DNA of 64,000 bases from an uncultured Christensenella sp. (GTDB lineage Bacteria; Bacillota; Clostridia; Christensenellales; UBA1242), in NCBI GenBank assembly GCA_949292875.1, contig CASFBJ010000016.1, forward strand, positions 31-64,030, given 5' to 3'. Position 1 is the stretch's first letter. The number at the start of each line of letters is the position of its first letter. The position numbers were made by a program, and so were the translations under genes. The notes under the pieces are model-generated. The model saw only the letters and a program-made list of their open reading frames with translations, was not told the origin of the DNA and searched no databases. Shown here one piece after another: positions 42,190 through 52,728 of this stretch.

Positions 42190-43500
42190 TTATGCAACAA
42201 CTGTAGAAGTATCTGCATTTGCCAACTGTTCATTTTCTACATCAAATGTAGTTTCTGCTAAATCTTTCCTTTCATATATCGGTTCACTTTTACCAAGTAC
42301 TACATCTTTTGTAATAGTTATACCGCATATCGTTTTATCACTAGGAACAGCATACATTATAGGTAACATTATTTGTTCAAGTATAGTTCTTAGTCCTCTA
42401 GCACCTGTTTTTAACCTTATAGATTGCTTTGCAACTTCTTCCAGTGCCTCATCTTCAAAATTAACTTTCACACCTTCTATGTTAAACATCTTTTTGTATT
42501 GTTTAGTTATAGCATTTTTAGGTTCTTTAAGTATATTTATTAGCGCCTCTTTTGTAAGTCCATGAAGTCCTACAACTATAGGTAATCTTCCTACAAATTC
42601 AGGAATTAGTCCACATTTTACTAAGTCTTCAGGTTGCAATTTACTCATAAACTCTGACATAACTTTTTCATCTATAGTCTTTACGCTTGCATTAAATCCA
42701 AGACTATTACTATTAGTTCTAGCATCAACAATTTTATCTAAACCAACGAATGCACCACCACATATGAAAAGTATATTTGTTGTATCCATTTGTATAAGTT
42801 CTTGATTAGGATGCTTTCTACCTCCTTGAGGTGGTATTCCAGCTATAGTTCCTTCCAAAATCTTTAACAATGCTTGTTGTACACCCTCACCGCTTACATC
42901 TCTTGAGATAGACACATTTTGGCTCTTTTTACATATCTTATCTATTTCATCAATGTATATAATGCCTCTTTCTGCTTTTTTTACATCAAAATTTGCATTT
43001 TGCAATAATTTTTGCAATATACTTTCTACATCATCACCTACATATCCTGCCTCAGTAAGCGTAGTTGCATCACAAGAAGCAAATGGTACTTCTAAAATCT
43101 TAGCAAGTGTTTTAGCAAGCAAAGTTTTTCCTACACCAGTAGGTCCAATCATTAGCACATTGCTTTTTTCTAATTCTATTTCATTATTTTGATGAACAGT
43201 CATGTTGTAATTAATTCTCTTATAATGATTATAAACAGCAACAGAAAGTACTTTTTTAGCCTCATCTTGACCAATTATAAACTCATCTAATTTTGCCTTA
43301 ATTTCGCTTGGTGGAAGTAGATTAATTTTCCCTAATTTTTCTGCTTTGGTTTTTATTTCCTCTTGCATAATTTCGGAACAAACAGCTATACATTCATCAC
43401 ATATATAGCAACCACCTTTAGAACTTACAATCATTTTTTTTACAGCCATTTGACTTTTGCCACAAAAACTGCATACCATTTCTTCATTAATTTTTGCCAT
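42190..43500 (-). CDS. clpX: ATP-dependent Clp protease ATPase ClpX
   Basis: CSFC...CDEC zinc finger, [30 protein letters not shown]. Confidence 0.97.
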   Translation of the reverse strand: MAKINEEMVCSFCGKSQMAVKKMIVSSKGGCYICDECIAVCSEIMQEEIKTKAEKLGKINLLPPSEIKAKLDEFIIGQDEAKKVLSVAVYNHYKRINYNMTVHQNNEIELEKSNVLMIGPTGVGKTLLAKTLAKILEVPFASCDATTLTEAGYVGDDVESILQKLLQNANFDVKKAERGIIYIDEIDKICKKSQNVSISRDVSGEGVQQALLKILEGTIAGIPPQGGRKHPNQELIQMDTTNILFICGGAFVGLDKIVDARTNSNSLGFNASVKTIDEKVMSEFMSKLQPEDLVKCGLIPEFVGRLPIVVGLHGLTKEALINILKEPKNAITKQYKKMFNIEGVKVNFEDEALEEVAKQSIRLKTGARGLRTILEQIMLPIMYAVPSDKTICGITITKDVVLGKSEPIYERKDLAETTFDVENEQLANADTSTVVA

Positions 43501-43518
43501 AATCCCGCCTTAAATATT

Positions 43519-44100
43519 TTATTCTCTTTCTACAAAAACTTTATCAATTAGCCCATAAGCTTTCGCTTGTTCTGCAGTCATAAAATTATCTCTATCCGTA
43601 TCTTTTTCTATTTTCTTTATGTCCTGACCGCTATTTTCACTCAAAATCTTATTTAACTTTTGTCTAGTATCTAATATATGTTCTGCAGCAAGTTTTATAT
43701 CTGATGCTTGACCTTGAGCACCGCCCAAAGGTTGATGTATCATTATTTCACTATTTGCTAGTGCAAATCTTTTTCCTTTTGTACCGCTACTAAGTATAAC
43801 GGAAGCCATAGAGGCAGCAAGTCCTACACATATGGTACAAACATCACATTTTATATATTTCATGGTATCATATATTGCCATACCTGCAGTAACTACTCCA
43901 CCTGGACTATTTATATATATAGATATATCCTTATCAGGATTTTTTGCTTCCAAATATATAAGCTGTGCTACTACTAAATTAGCAGTTTGGTCATTTATTT
44001 CACCAGTAATAAAAATAATTCTGTCTTCTAATAATCTAGAATATATATCATAACTTCTTTCACCGCTAGAAGTTTGGTCTACTACCATAGGAACTAACAT
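43519..44100 (-). CDS. clpP: Clp protease proteolytic subunit
   Basis: [31 protein letters not shown]. Confidence 0.97.
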   Translation of the reverse strand: MLVPMVVDQTSSGERSYDIYSRLLEDRIIFITGEINDQTANLVVAQLIYLEAKNPDKDISIYINSPGGVVTAGMAIYDTMKYIKCDVCTICVGLAASMASVILSSGTKGKRFALANSEIMIHQPLGGAQGQASDIKLAAEHILDTRQKLNKILSENSGQDIKKIEKDTDRDNFMTAEQAKAYGLIDKVFVERE

Positions 44101-44164
44101 AATATCACTCCTTTTCAAGACATTAGTATTATTTTACCTAATACTTTGATTTATTATGAAAATA

Positions 44165-45451
44165 TTATTGTATAATTTTGTTGTTTTCCTTTAGAAAAGC
44201 AATTAATTTGTCCATTAATATTTCATTTTTAATGTAAGACAAATCTTGTTCTCCTATATTTTTCTTCATATCCTCAGTATTTAAACCATACATTTTTGCA
44301 ATTTCTTCAATCTTAGCATCAACTTGCTTATCTGTTACTTTTATTTTTTGTTTTTCAATAATGTTTTCTAAAACAAGTCTTATACCGCAGTTTGCTTTTG
44401 CTATACTTTTTTGCTCATCTCTTATTTCTTGCATAGTTTTTTTAGCATACTTTAGATAGTCATCTAGTTTCATGCCTTGCATAGAAAGTTTTCTTTCAAA
44501 ATCATTTAATATAAAATCTATTTCATCTTCTATCATGCAATCAGGTACTTTAAACTTAGATTTTGCAACTATTGCATCAATAAGTTTATTCATATTTTCA
44601 GTATCAACTTGTTTTTGAGCTTGTTCTTGAAGATTTTTTTCTACATCTTTTCTAAAATCTTCTAAAGTTTCAAACTCGCTTACCATACTTGCCCATTTAT
44701 CATCAATAACAGGTTGTTCTTTAACAAATATTTTATTTATTTTAACATCAAATACGCTTGGTTTACCAGCCAACTCTTTACTATGATAGTCTGCTGGAAA
44801 TGTTACATTTATAGCCTTTTCTTCGCCTATTTGCATTCCTACTAATTGTTCTTCAAAGCCTTCAATGAAACTATGAGAACCTATCTCTAATTCATAGTTT
44901 TCAGCTGTTCCGCCGTCAAACTTTTTGCCATCTACACTCCCAGAAAAATTAATATTTGCTATATCTCCATTTTGAACAGCTCTATCAGTTACTTCTACTT
45001 TTCTAGCATTTCTATTAGCCATATTTTGTATATATTCATCTATATCTTTTTTCTTAACGCTTGCTTTTTTACCTTTAATCTCTAATCCTGTATAATCTCC
45101 CAATTCTACTGTTGGTCTATTTTGAAATGTAAGAGTCATTTTAAACCCAGTTTCGTCAAACTTATCAAGAGCCATAGATGGACTTGATACTGGATACAAT
45201 TTCTCTTTAGTTATTATAGCAAGATAATGTTCCTTATACACAGCATCTATAGCATCATCTACAAAAATCATGCTACCATACGCATTTTCTATAGCCTTTC
45301 TAGGTGCTTTTCCTTTGCGGAATCCTTGAACTTCATATTTTCCTTTGTTTTGTTCATATGCTTTTTCCATAGCATTTGTCCATTCTTCTTTGTTTAATTC
45401 TATAGATAAATCTATTAAGTCATTTTCTTTTTTTACTATATTATATTTCAT
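44165..45451 (-). CDS. tig: Trigger factor
   Basis: GFRKGKAP, FKBP domain (FIEGFEEQLVG, FPADYH); tig-clpP-clpX order. Confidence 0.96.
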   Translation of the reverse strand: MKYNIVKKENDLIDLSIELNKEEWTNAMEKAYEQNKGKYEVQGFRKGKAPRKAIENAYGSMIFVDDAIDAVYKEHYLAIITKEKLYPVSSPSMALDKFDETGFKMTLTFQNRPTVELGDYTGLEIKGKKASVKKKDIDEYIQNMANRNARKVEVTDRAVQNGDIANINFSGSVDGKKFDGGTAENYELEIGSHSFIEGFEEQLVGMQIGEEKAINVTFPADYHSKELAGKPSVFDVKINKIFVKEQPVIDDKWASMVSEFETLEDFRKDVEKNLQEQAQKQVDTENMNKLIDAIVAKSKFKVPDCMIEDEIDFILNDFERKLSMQGMKLDDYLKYAKKTMQEIRDEQKSIAKANCGIRLVLENIIEKQKIKVTDKQVDAKIEEIAKMYGLNTEDMKKNIGEQDLSYIKNEILMDKLIAFLKENNKIIQ

Positions 45452-45556
45452 GTTTTTCTCCCTTTATGTAATTCGTAAATCAAATATATTATTATATATA
45501 TGTATATAATCATAGCACATATAATCATTTTTAGTCAATTACTTATGTCAATTAGT

Positions 45557-46408
45557 TTATGGTTTTTCTTTTACTTCTACTTCAAATACAGCTTTCATTT
45601 CTGGTTCTTCTAATTCATAGTCATCGCCAACATATAATATGGTTACTTGATATTCGCCAGGCTGAGTAGTATCTATAGTACGACTTATTTGTATATCATC
45701 GCCCATAAGTATTTTTTCTTCACCATTGTCTAAAGTTACTCCTAAATGAATTATGTTATAATTAATCACATCACCAACATAATAAATACTACTAATATCT
45801 CCTGTAGGATGCATCTCTTTTATTTTAAGTTTTACAACTTCTATAAAAAATGTAACCTCATGTCCCTCGTAGGATACTGTTACTATTTTTTCTCCCAAAA
45901 CAGATGTATCTATCTCACTAAACTCAAGAGATTCTGCTTTTATTTCAATTTCTTCACCATCGTTATAAACCACTTTTGCTACAATATTAGATGTATCAAA
46001 TTCATCATATTGTTTAATAGTTTTAGGTAATGTTGACTCAATTAAAGAAAATTCTTTTATTTCTGGGTTTACAACCATTATTTCTATATTTTGATAAACT
46101 TTATGATTTATATCTTCGCCATACACAACTGTTAGTGTTTTCTTACCTGCCACATCGGTGCTTAAAGTTTTTATATTAGATGTTATGTTTTTATCATCTA
46201 TATACACCTCTTTAGTAGTATCATTAGAAAAATGCACAACAAATTTTGCGCCTTGCAGATCTATCTTTTCACCAACAAAATATTGTGTCTTTAATGTAGC
46301 ACTAATAACCTCTATCTTAGTAGGATAAACCTCACCACAACCTACAATTAAAAACATAGAAAAAAATAATAAAATTGATGCAATGCTTAAACTAATTCTT
46401 TTTCCCAT
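45557..46408 (-). CDS. Lipoprotein with three bacterial Ig-like repeats
   Basis: Lipobox IVGC; repeats Y.VGE.ID...DT...G.K.VTV.Y. Confidence 0.8.
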   Translation of the reverse strand: MGKRISLSIASILLFFSMFLIVGCGEVYPTKIEVISATLKTQYFVGEKIDLQGAKFVVHFSNDTTKEVYIDDKNITSNIKTLSTDVAGKKTLTVVYGEDINHKVYQNIEIMVVNPEIKEFSLIESTLPKTIKQYDEFDTSNIVAKVVYNDGEEIEIKAESLEFSEIDTSVLGEKIVTVSYEGHEVTFFIEVVKLKIKEMHPTGDISSIYYVGDVINYNIIHLGVTLDNGEEKILMGDDIQISRTIDTTQPGEYQVTILYVGDDYELEEPEMKAVFEVEVKEKP

Positions 46409-46507
46409 ATAATCTCCACTTCCAATTACTATAGTTTATACCAATTTGTAAAATCTATTATAAATAGAAAAAATGTGTCAACTAATATAGTTTACACATA
46501 ATTTTCA

Positions 46508-46732
46508 CTATTTTTTAGCTTCTAAATAATTTACTATATCTTGTATAGTTTTCAAGTTTTGAGCATCTTCATTAGATATTTGAATACCATATTCATCTTC
46601 TAAAGCCATAAGCATTTCTAAGGTATCTAATGAATCTACACCCAAATCTTCTACAAGTCTAGATTCTAAAGTTATTTTATCTTCAGATATATTAAGTTGT
46701 TCTGCAACTATTTTTTTTACTTGCTCTAACAT
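46508..46732 (-). CDS. acpP: Acyl carrier protein
   Basis: EDLGVDSLD phosphopantetheine motif; own TTGTCA-17-TATACT promoter. Confidence 0.95.
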   Translation of the reverse strand: MLEQVKKIVAEQLNISEDKITLESRLVEDLGVDSLDTLEMLMALEDEYGIQISNEDAQNLKTIQDIVNYLEAKK

Positions 46733-46816
46733 TTTGTATCTCCTTGTATATTTTACCTAGGTAGTATACAATATTTTTTTTTATTTGACAAGTATATTTG
46801 TATAGTTTGCAATTAT

Positions 46817-47425
46817 TTATTTATCTGTAAATGGTATATACTCAGATGGGTCTACTTTTGCGCCATCTCTAAAAAGCTCAAAATGTAGATGATTAGTATC
46901 TAAATGTTCTGCGTTAGCAGTTGCTCCAACTTTTCCTATAACTTGTCCTTGCTTTACTTCATCGCCAACAGCAACGCTTACATCTTCTTTAAGTGAACCG
47001 TATAGAGATTTCATTCCATCGCTATGCTCTATCACAACAACAGTACCTTCAAGATAATTAGTATAAACTTGGGTTACTTTGCCGTCAGCTATAGCCATTA
47101 CTTTAGCGTCTTCAGATGCAGACAAGTCTAGACTTTTGTGAGCTTCCCATCTTTTTAATGATGCATTATACATTAATTCTGTTTCGTTATACTCTTTTAG
47201 TATTGTAAATGTTTCTAAAGGCACTCTAAAATCTTCTACGCCTGGAGTAACAACCTCTGTAGAACCACCTTTATCATCATCTACATCAGTATTTACATTT
47301 TGAGCATTAGCAGAACTAGTGAGCGCTATGACTGTAACCATTATGGCAAGTGCCAACACCACTAAAATATAATACACATTAGATTTTAAAAACTTTAAAA
47401 ATTTGTTTCCTTGATTCTCACTCAT
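46817..47425 (-). CDS. M23/LytM peptidase, SpoIIQ-like
   Basis: N-terminal TM, HKSLD and HLHFE zinc motifs; next to a ywmB-like gene as in spoIIQ loci. Confidence 0.75.
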   Translation of the reverse strand: MSENQGNKFLKFLKSNVYYILVVLALAIMVTVIALTSSANAQNVNTDVDDDKGGSTEVVTPGVEDFRVPLETFTILKEYNETELMYNASLKRWEAHKSLDLSASEDAKVMAIADGKVTQVYTNYLEGTVVVIEHSDGMKSLYGSLKEDVSVAVGDEVKQGQVIGKVGATANAEHLDTNHLHFELFRDGAKVDPSEYIPFTDK

Positions 47426-47502
47426 CTTTCTTTTTAAACCTCCCTGCACTAATCATTGACACATTTTTTTTATTTAAACATTTTTTTAAAAATTTTTTTT
47501 TA

Positions 47503-47961
47503 TTAAAATGAACCCACAATCATTGGATATCCCACAACTAATAATTTTTCACTAATAGATATTTGCAAATTGACTTTTTTCCCATCTATAAACTCATACT
47601 TTGGTAATAAATGTGTATACATATAATAAATCTCTCTATCTGCCACATTTTCGCATTTCACTATATAGCAATGCATACCTTGAATAAACTCGTTTAAATC
47701 AAAATTTTCACTATCTGTAACAAAAGTTTCACCATATACTTCTATATCATATATATCGCCTTGCTTTATATTTTGTAATTCATTTTCATATGCAAGGTTA
47801 GGCTCTTTACTTTGTAATTGCATATTATCTGCATTAGATGAATAGGCAAAAATTTCTCCACCTGTAAAAATGCTTTTTAACATAGACACAAAATCTTCTT
47901 TCATTAAACCAGCGCATAAAAAACATATGATAAACATACTAAATAAAAAAAATCTTCGCAT
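47503..47961 (-). CDS. YwmB-like protein
   Basis: C-terminal YMYTHLL...GKKVNLQISI...VVGYPMIVGSF. Confidence 0.65.
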   Translation of the reverse strand: MRRFFLFSMFIICFLCAGLMKEDFVSMLKSIFTGGEIFAYSSNADNMQLQSKEPNLAYENELQNIKQGDIYDIEVYGETFVTDSENFDLNEFIQGMHCYIVKCENVADREIYYMYTHLLPKYEFIDGKKVNLQISISEKLLVVGYPMIVGSF

Positions 47962-48019
47962 AATAAAAACTCCATTATGCGAAAATTATAAACATTATTT
48001 TTACTTTTATACTCATTAA

Positions 48020-49249
48020 TTACAAATAATCTAATACACCAAAATCTCTCACTAGTTTTATAAAACAATCGCCCTTAGTAAAATCTGGTGTAAAATATAT
48101 GGCTTTAAGTGCAGTATCGTTGTGCATTTTTTTACTAAAAGAATACCCACTATCATTATACAAATCTAATGCCTTATCTATCATATGGTCTAAAATAATT
48201 GAAAAATTTGCACACTTTTTCACTAGTTTTTTCTCAAATCTTCTAACTAAATAGTTCATTTTTTCTGCTTTTAAAGTATCAAATTCATCAATCTCATAAT
48301 CAACATTATGAAATAAGTTATCTATTAATCTAATTTTCTTTTCTATATCATAGTAACTATAAGATAATGTTGGCAAATTTTTGAAAAACTCCGCATATAC
48401 TTTTGCCATTGCTTGAACTCCAACTAATCTTATTTCATCATAAGACAAATCACTTTTAGGCTCAAAGTACTTATACAATTTTCCAAAAACATTTTCCTTA
48501 GTGTCAAGATTGATTTTAGATTGAATTAAAAATTTTGAAAAATCTTCCATAAAGCAAAGATAATTATCTAAAAACTTATCATGCAAAAACACTACTTCAC
48601 TTAGCAAATTGTTTAATCTATAAGCATAGTTTACAAATTCACTTTTTAAGTCTATATAATAATTAGATTTATAAATGTAAGTATCTAACATTAGTTCCAA
48701 AAACGAACCAAAATATACAATGGTTGAAAACACACTTGCTACAAGACTCTCTCTATCTATTTCATTACCACATTTATAAGATATAATGTAGTACTTCATA
48801 GGCTCACACTTCTCATATGTGAGCATTCCCTCTTTTGTAACATAACATAAAGGTAAAAAAGCATCTAAACTAGGCATATTTTCCATGTAGTATACACAAT
48901 CTTGCCCACAATCTCTACTTACCATCTTTGCATAAGAAATACTATCTATATCCAAACAACACAAGAGCGAAACATTATCTACTACCTTGTATACACTTTT
49001 CGCATTTTGCAGTGTCGCTTTATCATCACTAAAAAGATAGATAGGTTTTACACCTGTTTCATCTAACGCTTTTTTCATTTTTACATACAACTCACTCGTA
49101 CATATAAAACAAACTTTACAGTTTACATAATTACTTTTTAAATATTCTTTAAAAGCAGATAATGCATCATCATATAAGCCACTTTCTATACAAGCAATTT
49201 TACTAACTTTATTTGATTTTTCTTCTTTTTCTTCTACCATTTCATTCAC
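48020..49249 (-). CDS. Degenerate glycerol-1-phosphate dehydrogenase (AraM/EgsA)-like protein
   Basis: Order and spacing of segments follow the G1PDH fold (..YAKMVS..PSLDAF..P..II..SLVASVFS..), but GGG and the catalytic D/H residues are missing. Confidence 0.5.
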   Translation of the reverse strand: MNEMVEEKEEKSNKVSKIACIESGLYDDALSAFKEYLKSNYVNCKVCFICTSELYVKMKKALDETGVKPIYLFSDDKATLQNAKSVYKVVDNVSLLCCLDIDSISYAKMVSRDCGQDCVYYMENMPSLDAFLPLCYVTKEGMLTYEKCEPMKYYIISYKCGNEIDRESLVASVFSTIVYFGSFLELMLDTYIYKSNYYIDLKSEFVNYAYRLNNLLSEVVFLHDKFLDNYLCFMEDFSKFLIQSKINLDTKENVFGKLYKYFEPKSDLSYDEIRLVGVQAMAKVYAEFFKNLPTLSYSYYDIEKKIRLIDNLFHNVDYEIDEFDTLKAEKMNYLVRRFEKKLVKKCANFSIILDHMIDKALDLYNDSGYSFSKKMHNDTALKAIYFTPDFTKGDCFIKLVRDFGVLDYL

Positions 49250-49255
49250 CTCTAT

Positions 49256-49609
49256 CTATTTGCTATGAAATATGTACTTACTATCTTGTATGTGCTCTAC
49301 TCCATTCATCATTATTTCATTAACTTTATCATTAGCAAGTGAATAATATATTACCTTTCCATCTCTTTTATACTTTACCATACTTAATGATTTTAAAAGT
49401 TTTAACTGATGACTAACCGTTGTTTGATTAATATTTAGCATATTGCTTATATCTGTTACACAAAGTTCTGCCATACTAAGCGCAGACAAAATTTTAATCC
49501 TTGTTTTATCACTATACGCTTGAAAATAGTTTGCAAGAAGTTCTAAAACTTCGCTACTAGGCATATAATGAAGTATTGCTGATTTTGTTTTCTCTTCTAT
49601 ATTCGGCAT
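49256..49609 (-). CDS. ArsR/SmtB family transcriptional regulator
   Basis: SDKTRIKIL..ELCVTDI..QTTVSHQLKLLK..RDGKVIYYSL. Confidence 0.92.
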   Translation of the reverse strand: MPNIEEKTKSAILHYMPSSEVLELLANYFQAYSDKTRIKILSALSMAELCVTDISNMLNINQTTVSHQLKLLKSLSMVKYKRDGKVIYYSLANDKVNEIMMNGVEHIQDSKYIFHSK

Positions 49610-49757
49610 ACACCCTCCTTAAATGATATATTGTAAAATAATTTGCACATATTACCATACATTATCATCATAAGGCAAACTTAAAATTGTAACAATCGCT
49701 AATCGTGTCGCATATTAGATATTAAGCAAAAAAAATATCATATAGGAGAGAAAAATA

Positions 49758-49952
49758 ATGTCTACTTGGTATGTTTTAATTGTGATTATTCTAGGTATAG
49801 TCGTAAGCGCTACAAATATAGATTTAGCAAACAATACTATTATACTTTTACTTATATTATTAGCTTTAGCAGGAACAACCAACAATGGTTGTTGTCATAA
49901 CAATAACCAATGCGGTTGCCCCGGTTTAAACTTTAATAACGCTTTTGTATAA
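49758..49952 (+). CDS. Small hydrophobic protein with a Cys/Asn-rich tail, probably spore-associated
   Basis: AGGAG RBS, 64 aa, GCCHNNNQCGCP; upstream CATATTA (mother-cell sigma-like -10); terminator follows. Confidence 0.65.
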   Translation: MSTWYVLIVIILGIVVSATNIDLANNTIILLLILLALAGTTNNGCCHNNNQCGCPGLNFNNAFV

Positions 49953-49991
49953 CGAAATACTTAAAATACAAACAATAAAAACTTTAAAAAC

Positions 49992-50021
49992 AAAAAAGGA
50001 ACTCTGCAAAGTTCCTTTTTT
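49992..50021. terminator. Bidirectional terminator
   Basis: AAAAAGGAACT-CTGCAA-AGTTCCTTTTT. Confidence 0.7.
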
Positions 50022-50070
50022 ACTATATTTGTAAGTTATGAAATATATAAGTATTATATGCAATTATATT

Positions 50071-50595
50071 TTACAAACCTAGTATTTGTGTATTTTTTAT
50101 ATTCACAAATTTTATTCCCCTCTCATCAGGAAAATTTTCCCATACAAAATCTGCAGACTCACCTGCTATTGTTTCTATAGGTAATTTCATATATGTAGCT
50201 TCTGCACTCGCAAGCAAGTTACCATTTTCGTCTTCTATACCACCTACTCCAACAAAACCAAGTTGTGTATTTTTTACTATTCTTGCAAAACACTTTATAC
50301 TTTCATTTAGTGGAACAGGTTTACGAAACTTAACTTCTATTTTAGTAGTAACTCCCCAAACTGTCGGTTCTTTTATAAGTATAGCTCTACCTATTGTTTC
50401 ATCAAGTAGCGCAGTTATCATACCGCCATGCATTCTATTAGGGTAACTTTGATGTTCCTCTCGTCCAGAGGTTATAGTACAAAGCACATCTTTTTGTAAT
50501 TCATAAAATTTTGCACCTAAAGAAAACAAACTTTCAAGTCCACAAATCATACACTTATCCGAATTGTTTTGTAATTTTAACGCTTTTAGTTCCAT
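50071..50595 (-). CDS. PaaI-like hot-dog thioesterase
   Basis: CMICG, HQSYP..MHGGMITALLDE, KFRKPVP. Confidence 0.88.
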   Translation of the reverse strand: MELKALKLQNNSDKCMICGLESLFSLGAKFYELQKDVLCTITSGREEHQSYPNRMHGGMITALLDETIGRAILIKEPTVWGVTTKIEVKFRKPVPLNESIKCFARIVKNTQLGFVGVGGIEDENGNLLASAEATYMKLPIETIAGESADFVWENFPDERGIKFVNIKNTQILGL

Positions 50596-50810
50596 TTAAA
50601 CCTCGTATTTTAATTTTATTTTTTACTATATTTTTAAAATTAGATTTTAATTAAATATATTTTCAGTATAATAATACTAGTTTTTGCGTACTTTTGCAAG
50701 TATTTACTAAAAATATTTTTCAAATATTTATCAAGTTATACATATTGCTTTTTATTGACTTAATTTACATATTGTGGTATATAATATTATAAGATTTAAG
50801 GAATGAAAAA

Positions 50811-51899
50811 ATGTATATAAAAGAATTATCAGTATCAAATTTTAGAAACTATGACAATGCTTATATTAATCTTAGTAATGGTTTAAATGTTTTTGAAGGT
50901 CAAAATGCACAAGGCAAAACAAATCTATTAGAAGCAATATATATATGCGCAATAGGCAAAAGTAATAGAACAAGTAAAATAAAAGATTGTATAAACTGGA
51001 GCAAAAGTTTTTCTATAATAGACATTAAAGTACAAAAAAAGATAGGAACAATTCATATACAATTTAAAATTTTAGAAAACGGAAAAAAAATTATACTTAT
51101 AAATGGCTCTCCTATAAAAAGTTTATCTCAATTACTTGGAGAAATAAATATAATATATTTTTTCCCAGACGATTTAAAACTTATAAAAGAAGCTCCAAAC
51201 GATAGAAGAAAATTTATGGATATAGATATATCTCAAGCATCAAAAATATATTTTAACAATCTTATGAAATACAATCTTGCACTTGCTCAAAGAAATAAGC
51301 TTTTAAAGTCTGCTAAAACGCTTACAGAGTTAGAACAAACTATAAATATTTGGGACGAGCAACTAAGTAGTTATGCGAGTAAAATAATAATGTCTAGAAT
51401 AAGATTTTTAGCAAAGCTTGCTCCACTCGCAGAAAAAAGCCATTTTGAGTTAAGTAACAATCAAGAAACTTTAAAAATATCTTATCAAGGCGAAACAGGT
51501 GATAGTGTTGATGAAATAAAAAACAAACTATTAAAACTTTACAAAGAAAATCTTGAAAAGGATTACAACTTAGGATACACAAGTATAGGCCCACATAAAG
51601 ATGATATATATATAGAATTAAACGGTGTAGATTTGCGTTCTTTTGGTTCTCAAGGACAACAACGCACCGCATCACTAGCACTAAAATTTGCAGAAATAGA
51701 ACTTTTCAAAAGTGAATCAGGCGAAGAACCTATAATACTATTAGATGATGTTTTAAGTGAGTTAGATGAAAAAAGAAGACAAAATCTCATTAAAATGAGT
51801 GAAAAACTTCAAACTATAATAACTTGCACTGAGTATACTGAAAATGCAAAAAATGCCCAAGTTTTCAAGATAAAATCAGGAAAAATTACCAAAAACTAG
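50811..51899 (+). CDS. recF: DNA replication/repair protein RecF
   Basis: NFRNY, GQNAQGKTN, RRKFMD, GPHKDD, GSQGQQR, LLDDVLSELD. Confidence 0.96.
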   Translation: MYIKELSVSNFRNYDNAYINLSNGLNVFEGQNAQGKTNLLEAIYICAIGKSNRTSKIKDCINWSKSFSIIDIKVQKKIGTIHIQFKILENGKKIILINGSPIKSLSQLLGEINIIYFFPDDLKLIKEAPNDRRKFMDIDISQASKIYFNNLMKYNLALAQRNKLLKSAKTLTELEQTINIWDEQLSSYASKIIMSRIRFLAKLAPLAEKSHFELSNNQETLKISYQGETGDSVDEIKNKLLKLYKENLEKDYNLGYTSIGPHKDDIYIELNGVDLRSFGSQGQQRTASLALKFAEIELFKSESGEEPIILLDDVLSELDEKRRQNLIKMSEKLQTIITCTEYTENAKNAQVFKIKSGKITKN

Positions 51900-52031
51900 T
51901 AATTTTTTATGAAAATAAAGCCAAAAACACCTTAAAATGTAACAAATTTGTTGAAATCCTTTGCTTTTTCGTATTATTTTGTTATAATTATAGTAGCAAA
52001 ATTTGCTAATACATTCATAGGAGAAAAAAAG

Positions 52032-52307
52032 ATGAATAAAACAGAATTTATAAAAGAAATTCAAAAAGAAGGCGATTTTAGTTCTCTAAAAGATGCTGAA
52101 AAAGCATACAATGCTTTCGTTGGAGCAATCTACAAAGGATTAAAAAATTCTGGCAAGATTATATTAGCAGGCTTTGGAACATTTGAACTTAAAAACAAAC
52201 CAGCAGGAACTGTAAAAAATCCAAAGACTGGTGCTGTAATCAAAACTGAAGCAAAAAGAGTTCCTAAGTTTAAGTTTAGTAGTAGCTTCAAGACTTTATT
52301 ATCATAG
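52032..52307 (+). CDS. hup: HU family DNA-binding protein
   Basis: MNKTEFI, GFGTF, NPKTG, PKFK; start at ATG 52032 behind AGGAG. Confidence 0.92.
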   Translation: MNKTEFIKEIQKEGDFSSLKDAEKAYNAFVGAIYKGLKNSGKIILAGFGTFELKNKPAGTVKNPKTGAVIKTEAKRVPKFKFSSSFKTLLS

Positions 52308-52314
52308 GAGCATA

Positions 52315-52341
52315 AAAAAAAGAGCAAATGCTCTTTTTTTT
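52315..52341. terminator. Bidirectional terminator
   Basis: AAAAAAAGAGCA-AA-TGCTCTTTTTTT. Confidence 0.7.
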
Positions 52342-52344
52342 ATT

Positions 52345-52569
52345 TTACATTATTTTAACATCTCCACAAAGTACATCTGAATACGAATAAGTTTTAGTAT
52401 TTCCCTCTACATCTTGAAAAGTGAAAACACTTGGATAAATGCTTTGTATACTTCCTGAAAAGGTTTTTATTCTCTTTCTTCCCGTATTTACTTCTATATC
52501 TATATTTACTCCTTTTAGTTCTTCTATTTGAGCTTTAATCTCATTTATCCCGCTTGGCATTTTTCTCAT
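52345..52569 (-). CDS. veg: Veg family protein
   Basis: NTGRKR...G.I..IYPSVF...YSYSDVLCG.V. Confidence 0.88.
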   Translation of the reverse strand: MRKMPSGINEIKAQIEELKGVNIDIEVNTGRKRIKTFSGSIQSIYPSVFTFQDVEGNTKTYSYSDVLCGDVKIM

Positions 52570-52588
52570 AAAGACAACCTCCAAAAAT

Positions 52589-52617
52589 ATTTTTGCCATT
52601 ATTTCCCATTTTTATAC
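52589..52617 (-). promoter_or_regulatory. sigmaF-like promoter of veg
   Basis: GTATA-15-GGCAAAAAT matches GYATA-15-GGnnAnAnT. Confidence 0.55.
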
Positions 52618-52728
52618 ATCTAAAAACAAAAATTTAAGTTTTGTATTATAACATTTATGAATAAATTGCAATCTTACACATACATATAAATAGCGCCAAA
52701 AGCGAAACTATGAAAAAAGGTGGAAGAT

